A stretch of DNA of 64,000 nucleotides from positions 620,001 through 684,000 of the forward strand of contig JBLDXI010000026.1 of the NCBI GenBank assembly GCA_047495785.1, given 5' to 3'. The translations under genes were made by a program, and so were the position numbers. Positions 36,644-48,038 of the stretch are shown in pieces. The notes under the pieces are model-generated. The model was not told where the DNA came from, did no database searches, and saw nothing but the letters and a program-made list of their open reading frames with translations. The stretch's first letter is position 1; each line of letters starts with the position of its first letter. The DNA comes from Lepidodermella squamata. Lineage: Eukaryota > Animalia > Gastrotricha.

Positions 36644-39600
36644 ACAATAAAAATTATTACCCGCACACAATTTTTATCAAAAAATTATTCAAATAAATGA
36701 GCAATAATTACTTCGTTTTTTGCACGCTTTTACATTGTTTTGAAATATTTTGAGTAAAATTCAGGCGCAGCGTCCGGAAATCGCGCGCACCTCGGCCGCA
36801 TTATTATTAGGGTGGCTAAAAATCCGCTGAAATCACTCGAGTACTACTACTACCTCACAAAAATCGCTGCGCGCGCAGCATGGCGAAACGTAAACAACAA
36901 TCGTCGTTTTATAGAACAACGGCCGTCTAGTAATAAAACAATAATAACAACAAACACTCGGACACGGCAAAATAATAACTTCAGATAAGTGCTATACTTA
37001 TATAGACGCAGGTGGGTTTTAGCCGCAGCGGCAATCGTTGTAAGTTTTTCTAATTGCCTAGGCGTGAAAAATAAATCATTGGGCCCTGCTGTTTTTCGCA
37101 CTTGTTTCACTGGGACACATTATATTACCAGTGGCTATGGTCTATAAATAAATTCTCCCTTTGTTTGATTATAGCGTTTGAAAAAATTAGGTGTATATTT
37201 TGCGAGTTCGGGGAATTGCGATTAAAAAATTCTAGTATCTAATTAGCTAAAATTAGCACCTTCGCTTTTTGCTGCGATAAACAATTTTTCAGGTAAATAA
37301 ACTATTAAGGGCTATTTAGGTACTATACCACCGAGAAAAAATTTTTGTAGCTATTTAGGAATTTTCCCATTTATGTCGAAACAATTTAGCTTTTTTATAT
37401 TTTTCCTATTTCGAAAAATAATCAAATTAAAAGAAGCCGTATATTTTTTGAAGGTTAATACGAATAGGTAGGTGAACAATTTGTCCACTAATTTTGCTGT
37501 CGCAATTTTTTTCTCGCCATGGGCTAAATACCACGCGCGGCTAATTATTAGCAAAACAAATGGCTGCTTTTATAATTTGCGCGGATAAATAATTGTTCGT
37601 TATTTCGCGAGCGGCAACTTGTTGATTCCAAAGAAAAAATTAAGGGGAACAATGGTTTTTTAGTTCCCAGACTCAAAGCTCAGCCGTAAAATTTTAATCC
37701 GTAATTTTGAATATTTTTTATTTCGAGAATTGTCGAGGGTTTAACTCACAGGATTCTCTCTCTCTCTCTCTCTTTCTCTTTAATAACGGATTAAAAATAT
37801 TGCCAGATTTCTCGACGTTTTTCTTATTATTCATTGGGTCATTTGGCCGAGTTCTTAGAGGCCAGTATCATTTTTTCACACCTGCATTTTACACCCGTGT
37901 CACTGCGGTGCATATTCGGTGTATAAAACCGAGAAATGCCCGCTGAAAAAAGCGCAACGCGACACGTCCATCATCATATCGCACCTAGGTATACGTATTA
38001 TACTTAGTTATATAAGAGAAAAGGCGCCGCGGCTCCAATTTTTTCGCGCGCTCGTGCGCACTGCAAAAAGTGCATATAATACCGACAAACAAGCGGCACG
38101 TGCACAGAAAATTATACACCTTGAAATTAAATCTCACATCCTGTATTTTACGAAAATTCCTGATTTACTGAAATTTTTTATGAAAAAAAATCCAGCGAAA
38201 GGAGTCATTTGTTAGGTCTGTTTATTTGTATTGTTTCGTTTATAATATTACCGCGTCTTCTCAAATAGTTAATAGCGCGTTGAGGGAATATAATAAAAGT
38301 GATAAAATCTATGGCCCCACCAGCCGGCGCGGCGGCTCATACACTCGCGTTTCATTTCAGGCGAAAATTTGCCTCGCATTACTACTTTTATACTACACCC
38401 CTCATTTACGTAATAATTAGTGAGGCGCAAAATGGGCCCCATCAACCCAACAATGAAACGCGGCAGACAAATAGCAGGCCTTTTTAACATCGTTATGCTA
38501 ATTAGGCGTGACAGGCATCATTGTATTCTGAGAAACACCTCAAACAACGGCTGTTTTGCCTTTGGCCTTTGAAATAGGCCACGAAATGTGAGCCTGTTTT
38601 AGCCAGGTGACTTCAATTTTTTTATTGATTTTCTGCATAATTATACCAATTTTTAATTCGCACTGACCAGTAAGTCGAGGTCGAAATATTGCGTGACAAA
38701 TATCCGTTTCTAATCCTATGTCACATTTATGCATTATATATATAATCAATTTCTGGTCCTCAGGGCTACGCATCTCAAAAATGTAAAATAGCAAAACTCG
38801 AGGGCCAAACGTGCGTCATTTATTTAGAAAACCCCAGTAATTTTTAAGGAGGCGCGTTATAATTTTTTATTTATTTTTGCATTTCATTGATATACATATA
38901 TATATATACCTTTAGGGGGTGAGTATAATGTTATATGTTATTGGTATTGAACAGGTATATTATTGTTGTTTAAGGAAGCAGCCGCGCGCGCCGTGTCTTG
39001 AGACGCTCCCCTCGGCGCGCATTTTTATTACCCCCACGCGGCCGGACGCGCGCGCGCTTAACTCTGCTCGCGCATCTCGCGATGAACGTGATGCCGACAA
39101 CAATGGTACAGTAAAAGTACATAGCCAAACCTAGCCCTATCTGTATGATTTTCATTCATCAAGTGCGTGTACGCGTCGTTGCGACATATATACCCTATAC
39201 CTATACCATTTTGCGTCTTCTGGTTTGTTTAGTTCATTCACAAACTATATTACTAGCGTGTGTTCGCTCGCTTAATGGGCGCCCCGGAAAACGGGTCATG
39301 TGTGCGCACCCTCGGCAAAATACGGCACAAGACAAGAGCGGGGTCCAGCGCATGTCAATATCAGGCAAGAAGGTAGCCGGCCGGCTTATTTCTGTATAAA
39401 TATATATTTTATATACCCGGGCCAAGGGCTGGCAAGACGCCGTCGAGAGTGGCCGTTGTTTATTGTTATCATATTATCATATTATAACACTCGTCGTATC
39501 GCGTACACGCCCAGGAAACACCGCGCGTTCATCTTCTCATCATCCGGGCACCTTCTTGTAATAATGCCAATAATTTTTCGGCCCGCTCGCCCGGTTTCGT

Positions 39601-42600
39601 TGTTATTATTTATATTTGTAAGTATATATCCTGGAGGTGGAGCCAGCCCGGCGTGGCACTTTTATAACGCCCGGCTTTTTGGCCAACCAAAACATATTAT
39701 ATGCGGGATACATTTTCTAGAACGACGCCAACAAGACGCGCCGAGTCAACACGCAAATCGGCCAAATAATGCCAAGAGTCTAGTGACAATCGAAAAACAT
39801 AATCTCCAGGACACATGAGCATCAGTTTCTAGAATTTTTTCTGAATTTATTTTCAATTTTCAATTTTTGAATACCTGCGACCAGTAACTAAGGACGCTTG
39901 ATGCGCTCTTTTCAGCGTTGAGTTATCAGATATAATTGGGCTATTGAAACTAGTTATTATTTTCTCATTTTCATTTTCTTGACGTCATTGAGAAGGGCAG
40001 CGTTTTAAAAACATTCCGAAAATTTGGTTGTCTATTTTATCTAGGATAGTCACAGTCCTCAGTCCCCTATACTAATATTCATTGAGCTGCAATAAAACGG
40101 TATGCAAATTGTCTTTATTCCAAAATATTCAAATGCTATAATGAACACGAAAAAATTCTAGAAGATTCCGTAGCTTTAAATCTTAAGGTTTCCGTATCGT
40201 TTTGAATTCATTATTTTTTATATTTTCGAAAAATTCAGGAAAAAGCTGAAAATTTCGAAAAATTGCCAAAAATACCTTGCGCGCAATAAAAATAACAAAT
40301 TTTATTTCAAGAAATTCCGTTTTTCTACATAAAAAATTTAGACAAAACAGTTTCAGTATCGTTTCAAATTCATCTTTTTTGTCGTGGAAAAATCAGAAAA
40401 TTGCGAAGAAATTCCCAAAAATACCTTTCGCTTCACTCTGTAAAATTCCCATCTGAATTCCATCATCATTTCAGCTCACATGATTTGAAACATCGAGATC
40501 GTTTGATAGATTTTTGCGATTTTTTATTCCAAAATTCCCAACTCTACTGAGCCGAATGAAAAATCGATGACTCAGCCTTTATATGTAGGCAATTTTTTGA
40601 AAATATTTGCAACCATTATTTTGCTTGGAGAATTTTTCTTTGCGAATTAGCCTATCATTTCAGTTTTTACTCAATTCGTCTCTTGCGGCTTTAAATATCT
40701 TCCCTTCGATCTGCTTGGCATTACGATAATCCCTGAGAAATAGACAGCAGACGACATTTTAGCTAATCAGATGCTGTGTTTACTGGCTTTCTAGCCACCT
40801 TAATGATTAATTTTGCACCTTTTTCTCATCAGTCATCATTCATCATCACACGAAAAGCGCTAAACAAAAACTGATTTTTGTTAGCTTTTCGCCTTTATGA
40901 CTAACACGGCTGACGAAGAAAGTACATACACAGTATTATAAGCTCCCTACTACTACCTTGAGGTGGTGTGGTTAGTATAGAGAAGGGAAAAAGAAGGAAA
41001 AGCGCGCGCTTTTTCTTGCGCGTTTTGTTGATAATAGATGACAAAGCGCAAAATGTTTACTATTTGCTCAGCGTTATGTTCTTTCGAGATGCCTATACTT
41101 ATACTCGCCGAGCTAGGTCCCCTCTACTATATGTTTAGGATAGTCACTATATACAACAGGCTTTTTCCACAATACGAATGTGTCACCCTTAAAGCCCCGC
41201 TTTTTGGCGTCGTGTGACAATGACGACGGGTGGCGGTAAACAGAACGCAGAAAACGCGCGTTTAATGAGTAAGTAGAGCAGCCTAAAAATGCGCACAAAT
41301 ACCTATAGGTACCAACTGTATGCGCGGGATGATTTATTATTCAACAAAAACAACAATCGCCTTAAAAATCATGTTATCTCGTCTTCGGCTCTATACATGC
41401 CTCCAGCTTGGCACCGAGTGTGGGAAAAAAATAGCCTCTTATTATAGGAAGCTCTATTGTTATTATTATTACTACATATTGGGGTCATGCTGCTTTGCGA
41501 GAAAACAATGCGGCGAAAAAACACCTGTTAGGGGCCTGTAATGTCGCGCCAGCGTGACGAAAACATTTTTTTGTCGGCTCGCTTGCATTTTTGCAAAGTG
41601 AGAAATGTCGCCGCATGAATCATGCTATGATGTATTGCTATTACCTATGTTACACTGAGAAAAAATTGTTCCCACGTATATATTATAATTATGTCATCTT
41701 TATTATCATTCTGCATGCCATTCTTTTTTGCCGCGGCCGTCATGACTAAGACGAACAGAGGGCCGGCACGATCGTAAAACAAAAACACGTTTTTCTATAG
41801 GTTTTTTTTTATTTATTATGGAAGCAAGATTTTTCAATGTGCGCGGCCATTTTTCTGCCGGGCTTTTTTGTGAAACAATGGCTGTAGTTTGAATTTTATC
41901 CACATTAATCTACCTAGTGTTGAAATCTCTTTTTTCTTGTTTTATCATTGCTTTGTGTGTATAATTTTATGAAAAAACGTGCGTAGTCGTTTTACACATT
42001 TAGCGTAAAAAATTTAGGTAGGTGACGTTTAGGTTCTTTTCTATGAATAATACCCATATTACGTCCTGAGAGTTTGCGCCCAGTGAACTGTGCTATAACA
42101 TGGGCATATAGAGCACGATTTAATCGAGTGTGGGGGTTTCACGAGGTTGACTTTTTGTTGGGGAAAAAACGACAGCATTATTCACTTCTCAGCATTTTTT
42201 GCACTCGGGGAAACAAACAATAATTACTCAAAAATTATTATTAATAAATTATATTTAATTTTTCATAAATAATTTCCTGACAATTTTTGACATTCAAGTT
42301 CGAATTCATCCACGCGTGAAGGAATATTTTTGGAGCTTATTCTTGAAATTTTCAGATATTTCCGCTAATTCGGTATAAGTTCATAAATTTCTAGAAATTC
42401 CCGCCGGTTAGCAACGCAATCATTGAATGTGGGTCATACTAATTACCTGAATTTGAACACGCATTAGGAAATAGGTCAAACTTCCACCTTAATATTCTTA
42501 ATAATTAATAATTCCCAATTTTTCGAATTTCGATTTCATCGGAGGTTTTTCAATTTAGGTTTTTTGGCTTTTCATTTTTTTATTAATTTAAATTATTGTA

Positions 42601-43654
42601 TTTTTATACAATAAATTTTCTGCATAAATTAGAATAAATAAAAATAAATTTAAGCCGGCATTTTCAATTTGCCTTAATCCTTTTTTATATCCTCACTTTT
42701 TCGGCCGTTTTTTAATCCTGACTTACCTATTGTCCACTATGGTCGGAAAAATTGAGAAGAGATCCACTTTAATTTTCTGCGGATTTTCATAATCTTGCGC
42801 TTGAAAATTGACAGCGGCTGTACAATCTGAATAGCCAGAAAACGGAAGCGCCAAGTATTGTTGTCAGCTTTTGCTGACAAAAGGCGGCATTGTCATCCTC
42901 GTTTCACTCGAGACGCGCTCGCGCTGTTGAAAATTTATAATTATTTTCTGCGAGATGTATCCTAAACTAGAATATTATATATTATGTGGGACACAAAGAG
43001 GCGATTTATATGCGCGTATAATATATATTAAATCTACCTGTTCAAATTATTAGCCGCGCTAAATGAGCCGGCTATTGTTTTATCATCTGTTACGCACTTG
43101 ATGCGTATAATATTATTATTTATTAAAATTGGCCTCATCATCATGGGCAAAAATTGCCGCACACTAGTAGCGTCTTCTAATAACCGCGTTTTATATAGCA
43201 CATAGGACGTTGTTGCTTGTTTGTTGTTCGATGGCTCGCGTTATCCATCGCTCATGTCTCTACTCAAAACTCTACTCACTCATTTTCTTCACTCGCGAGC
43301 CGCGCATCAAATTTTGAAATAATATTTTTAAGGCAGCGCGAAATCAACTCGCCGCAATTTTTATTACTGCGAAGCACGCTAAAAATGTGCAATAATTACA
43401 ACGTATATATATATATATACGCAGCGTTTTGTCTCACTTCTATCATCATACCAGGGTTTATTTCTCACCTCTCCGCGTTTGCGGCTGCCAAATTTACGAA
43501 GCCAACAAATTTAGTTATTTTTCACACTTTTTCAGCTTTCAGCAATCATCAATTTTTTAATACGGTTTTTTCCTACCTTATAATAGAGCTGTTATCAATA
43601 AATTTGAGAGTTATGGCTTAGTTAACTTTTATATTACATCGAACCGATACGAAA

Positions 43655-46600
43655 ATGTCAAACGGCGAAATTTCTGCCCCGCAAGTGGCGCAGAAAAACG
43701 TTATTGATACAACGCCAAATCCTAACCCGTCCGTTATCCGTCGCCATTTCGAGCATGTTGAAACCGAACTAGCGGTCCCAGTTTCCGTTGGATCTCCGGC
43801 GAATAGCCAGCGATCGAAAGGCCCAGCCCCGCCACCACCTGTTGCTCCAAAACAGGAATACACCGAGGATAATTACATCTACAACGATTCATCATCGATG
43901 CCGCAAGCCGAGGTGATTTCGAGCCAAAGACCTAGTGGCGGCAATGATTTGGCTAAAAAGCCTGCTCCTGTTCTTCCGCCTCGAAGTAGCACGTCAGGCG
44001 AGAATCCGACTCCGAAGCCAAATCCTTACCGGACAAAGCGGCAGCAGAGTACGAACGACGACGGGCCTGGGATGTTACCTGCAGCAACAATTGATACAAC
44101 GCCAAATCCTAACCCTTCATCAATCCGGAGATTTTTCGAGAAATCCGGCCCGACCGACGTGAAGTGCCACGCTTGTGGCGAGCCGGTCTATCCAACAGAA
44201 CGGCTATGCCTCACGGAAGATGTTTGCTATCATAAAGCTTGTTTCCGATGCGCGGTCTGCAGCCAGCATTTGACCATCAAAACCTTCGTGCGGAACCCAG
44301 TCGATCGAACAGACGCGGCTGTTTACTGCCGGAAGCACGTGCCGCGGATTGTTGATGCAAAGTTCGATGAACATGCGATAGGAATCCGCGGGGCGTTGAA
44401 TGCTCAACGCGTGTTGAAGAAGGGCCAGGTCGATTTGTCGCGCCATCACTTTGACGCGAGGAATTTACTACTACAACGGGCGCTGAAGGCTGCGAGTAAC
44501 CATCGAATGGCGAACGGCGAGATGGAGAGCTCGTCGTCGATCGAGGGCGACCAGTCCCCGCAACAGGCGTTGAGGTCAAGTCGGTTTATGGAGAGTGGCC
44601 AGCAGGAAAGTTGGGCGCCGAAGGTTGGCATCGAAGCTTTACACATAAAAACAGCGCTAGACGCGCAGAAGAACCGGTCTAAAGGCGGGAAAATGACCAT
44701 GTCGAAACATCACTACCTACCAGATTTCGTTCACAAGAAGCAGAACGAGATTCTGGAGGCTCAGGAAGAACTCGAGTTGGTGCAACGCCGCGAGGAAGAT
44801 GCCTTACTGCGCCAGTTCCAGGAGGAAAGAAATTTCGAGGAGGTTCAAATCCAACGCGGCATCGAGTCTGAATGGGAAGACGAGTTGCGTATTTTAACCC
44901 AAAAGTACGACAAATTATTGTCGAAAAAGGGCCAGAATAAGCAGGCTCTTATGACGCAATTCGAGGAGGAGAAGCGGCAACTACGGCAGCAAATGGATGA
45001 AAAATTGATCGCTACCCAACGAACTGCTACGATTCGGCTACGTCACAAGGAGCAGGAGGAGACTTCGAAGATGATCGAACGTCATGGTAGGCAGATGTTG
45101 GAACTTCTCTGGCACAAGCAACGTGAGGTTGAGAACGAGATTCAGCAGGAATTGATGGTGCCGGAGATGAGTCAGGAAATGACGTCGCACCAGTCGCAAC
45201 TCATCGAAAACGGCCCGGATTCAATGGTTATGTTCGACATGAGTGAGATCAGTTTGATAAGCCAAAACAACGCAGCTGCCGCGATTGCAGCGGCCGAGGA
45301 GCGTCAGTCGCAGAATTCGGCGTTATCCGGAGATTACGACGATGCTACAACGTCAATGCAGAAGGGCGATGTTTTGGAGGAAGAAACTGAAATGGTGCGA
45401 GTTTTGAACAACATCGAAGGCGCCTCTGCAGCCCCGCCACCACCGCCCCACCCACCATCTTGCCGAAAATGCGATCTTTTCATCGATTCTTCAGTCTTCG
45501 CCCAACTCGATAGTTATGTTCTCGAGGTTGCGCAAACCGACCCGGAGAGCTTCACTAAATTAGTCCATAAACTGATGAAACCTTGTCTAACCGACCTTGA
45601 GAAGGCCAGGGCTATTTTCCGATGGATTACCGCTAAAGATTTGAATGTGATTGACTTCTCTCAAATGCCAGCCGCTAACCAGAGTGACACCCCACTCGGC
45701 ATTCTGCGATCCATCAAAATGGGGGTCGAGACCTACCATACGTTATTCCGAAGACTTTGCTCATACGCTGGTTTGAATTGCGTTGAAATCCGCGGCCACT
45801 CGAAAAGTGTTGGCTACGAGCCGGGGATGCACATCGAACCCGGCCAGTTTCTCAACACCTGGAACGCGGTACTGCTAGACGGAGACTGGCGGTTGGTTCA
45901 ATGCAACTGGGGCGCGAGGCATTTGGTTTTGAACAAGGACCAAAATCAGGCGAATCATGGGTCTAGTGAGACTAGCTCAATACCATCCGATCCGTCCAGC
46001 TCGCCGAAAAAGCCGGAGGATAGCATTCGTTACCAACAGGACGAGCATTACTTCCTCACCGATCCTGAGGACTTCATCACAGAGTTCTGGCCATTCGACC
46101 CGAAGTGGCAATTACTCCACGAGCCGATTACATTGGACGAATTTGAGAAATTGCCGTTCGTCCGATCGGTTTTCTTCCATTACGGCATGGCGTTTGTCGA
46201 CGATATGCGAGCGGTGGCTGATGCGGACGAGTGCGGCGGGGCTCAAGTCAGGATAACAGTCGACCCAGCCATAGCTCAGGACATAGTTTTCCACTACCAG
46301 TTACGCTTCGCGGATCGAACAATGTCGACCGAGACATCTTACCGCGGCATCGCGTTGGAACGATTCGTTTTCCAGTCGATAAATGGCAATCAAATTTTGT
46401 ATAAGGTCTTCGTGCCGACTGTTGGCGAGTATTTCCTCGAGGTGTTTGCGAACCGTCTACCAGCCAGCCAATCTGATGGCGCTTCGATGAGTTCGAGTCG
46501 TTCGAGCGGCATTCACGCACCGCAGCAGCCTTTCCGACTGAAATGCGCGTGCAAATTCCGGATTCGTTGCCCGAAAATCAGCCAGAAAATGCACCCCTTA

Positions 46601-47641
46601 CCGGCTTGCTCCCCCGGCGAGTGGGGCCCAGCTAAGGCTCTACGTCACTTCGGCCTCCAGCCTCTAACCCACGCATTAGGAGCGTTTGATTGCGCTGACC
46701 ATGTTCAAATTGCCTTCGCAGTCCCTCAATTACCATCGGTAATGGAAAGTCCCGTCGAAGAGGAGCGAGGAGGTCTCAGCCGACAATCTAGCTCTTCAAT
46801 GCATACGAATCCTTACGATCTTCACGCCAGGCTTCATATGAACAACATTGAAGATCGACTCTTGGAAAAGTTTGTTACATCTTGGCGAGATCAGGGCAAG
46901 GACGGTCGGGAACAACTTGTAGTCCGGGTCTCCTTCCCACAGGCCGGTCAATATGGCTTGGATATCTACGCGAGAAAGTACCCCGAGGCGAATTTCGCCC
47001 ATGCCTGTAAGTACTTGATCAACGTGAGATCAGTTGCTAGACCCGACCCAGCTATCTCGCCAATCGCTGGCGCATCCCCTGTTGCTATGTCGGATAAATT
47101 CGGACCAACTGCAGCATTTGGTGAGCTTGGTCTGAAAGCTGTCAGCCACAAGGATACTTCCACCGTGATTTTGAAATCAGCAAAACCTGTCGACATCGAA
47201 TTTAGCTTTAAGAAACCGTTGGATTTTGCGTTTCACTTCATGCGAGCGGCGACCTTCGAGGATTTGCGAAATCGATGCCAAATGTTGGGGCCTCGCGAGG
47301 CTGGTAAAGGCAAGGTGATTTTCCGGCTTGATATCGGCGAACCTGGTCACTTCCTACTTGCGATCTACGCGAGAAAATCCGACCAGAACTCGCAGGGCGG
47401 CAAACCGTCGTTATTGGCAATGTCGAATGTGTTCAACTACCACATTATCTGCACAATGCCGCAACAAGTTTCCGGGAATAGCTTCCAAATGACGGCGATG
47501 ACGTCGAGTTTAAGCGACGATGCAGCTTCGAGCAGCAGTGGAACGCCCCGAAGTGTCAACAGCCCCATCAGTCAACCGCCTGTTCCGCCTAGCAACAGGC
47601 CTGCCATCACTAGCCGGTCTACACTGGCCGTGGCGCGGTGA
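43655..47641 (+). CDS. Hillarin-like protein: LIM domain, coiled coil, KY/transglutaminase-like domain (1328 aa, single coding exon)
   Basis: LIM CHAC...YHKACFRCAVC...YCRKH; E/Q/K/R-rich coiled coil; AIFRWIT, LFRRLCSYAGL, GHSKSVGYEPG, NTWNAV, WRLVQCNWGA, EHYFLTDP as in hillarin/KY-family proteins; C-terminal GEYFLEVFA / GQYGLDIYA / GHFLLAIYA repeats. Confidence 0.9.
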   Translation: MSNGEISAPQVAQKNVIDTTPNPNPSVIRRHFEHVETELAVPVSVGSPANSQRSKGPAPPPPVAPKQEYTEDNYIYNDSSSMPQAEVISSQRPSGGNDLAKKPAPVLPPRSSTSGENPTPKPNPYRTKRQQSTNDDGPGMLPAATIDTTPNPNPSSIRRFFEKSGPTDVKCHACGEPVYPTERLCLTEDVCYHKACFRCAVCSQHLTIKTFVRNPVDRTDAAVYCRKHVPRIVDAKFDEHAIGIRGALNAQRVLKKGQVDLSRHHFDARNLLLQRALKAASNHRMANGEMESSSSIEGDQSPQQALRSSRFMESGQQESWAPKVGIEALHIKTALDAQKNRSKGGKMTMSKHHYLPDFVHKKQNEILEAQEELELVQRREEDALLRQFQEERNFEEVQIQRGIESEWEDELRILTQKYDKLLSKKGQNKQALMTQFEEEKRQLRQQMDEKLIATQRTATIRLRHKEQEETSKMIERHGRQMLELLWHKQREVENEIQQELMVPEMSQEMTSHQSQLIENGPDSMVMFDMSEISLISQNNAAAAIAAAEERQSQNSALSGDYDDATTSMQKGDVLEEETEMVRVLNNIEGASAAPPPPPHPPSCRKCDLFIDSSVFAQLDSYVLEVAQTDPESFTKLVHKLMKPCLTDLEKARAIFRWITAKDLNVIDFSQMPAANQSDTPLGILRSIKMGVETYHTLFRRLCSYAGLNCVEIRGHSKSVGYEPGMHIEPGQFLNTWNAVLLDGDWRLVQCNWGARHLVLNKDQNQANHGSSETSSIPSDPSSSPKKPEDSIRYQQDEHYFLTDPEDFITEFWPFDPKWQLLHEPITLDEFEKLPFVRSVFFHYGMAFVDDMRAVADADECGGAQVRITVDPAIAQDIVFHYQLRFADRTMSTETSYRGIALERFVFQSINGNQILYKVFVPTVGEYFLEVFANRLPASQSDGASMSSSRSSGIHAPQQPFRLKCACKFRIRCPKISQKMHPLPACSPGEWGPAKALRHFGLQPLTHALGAFDCADHVQIAFAVPQLPSVMESPVEEERGGLSRQSSSSMHTNPYDLHARLHMNNIEDRLLEKFVTSWRDQGKDGREQLVVRVSFPQAGQYGLDIYARKYPEANFAHACKYLINVRSVARPDPAISPIAGASPVAMSDKFGPTAAFGELGLKAVSHKDTSTVILKSAKPVDIEFSFKKPLDFAFHFMRAATFEDLRNRCQMLGPREAGKGKVIFRLDIGEPGHFLLAIYARKSDQNSQGGKPSLLAMSNVFNYHIICTMPQQVSGNSFQMTAMTSSLSDDAASSSSGTPRSVNSPISQPPVPPSNRPAITSRSTLAVAR

Positions 47642-48038
47642 AAAATGCAATAATTAACACGCTATTGAACAATTCCTCGGTCTGCTCTACCAGTGTAGCG
47701 ATGATTTTTTGTTATTTCTATGTTTCTCAGTGTTACTTGACGCTCATTTTTCTATATTGTAGATGTTGCCCTAAACTGAAACAAACGCTTAGAAAAAATT
47801 ACCTTCTGCCCATATTTTCTTTTTACTGCGGTTTATCCATTTTTTCTTCGCTATTATCTATCCTTTTACTGCGCCAAGTTGAGAAACTAAACGTTTTTAG
47901 ATCACAATATCATCGTATATATATGCTCATTGTGCGGACGATTATAATTTTAAAGATAAAACAAATTTATTATGGTATGAAATTGCGATGAAAACAAAAT
48001 AAAATGTTTTATTTGGTTACGAAAATCGCGTTTTTCTA

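Noticed and set aside
36423-36650. ORF-track peptide MQSRYHPSQ...
   Set aside because: Wrong frame; the spliced frame from 36420 encodes the six-Cys Kunitz-like domain of G13.
36850-43621. Many short ORFs, including 39300..39818 (172 aa) and 43217..43621
   Set aside because: No domains, low-complexity AT-rich composition and no consistent exon chain; treated as non-coding upstream sequence.
45690-45920. Active transglutaminase or protease in the hillarin-like gene
   Set aside because: The expected Cys/His/Asp positions read GVETY, NTWNAV and VQCNW. To my knowledge this inactive pattern is usual for hillarin, so it is not novel.
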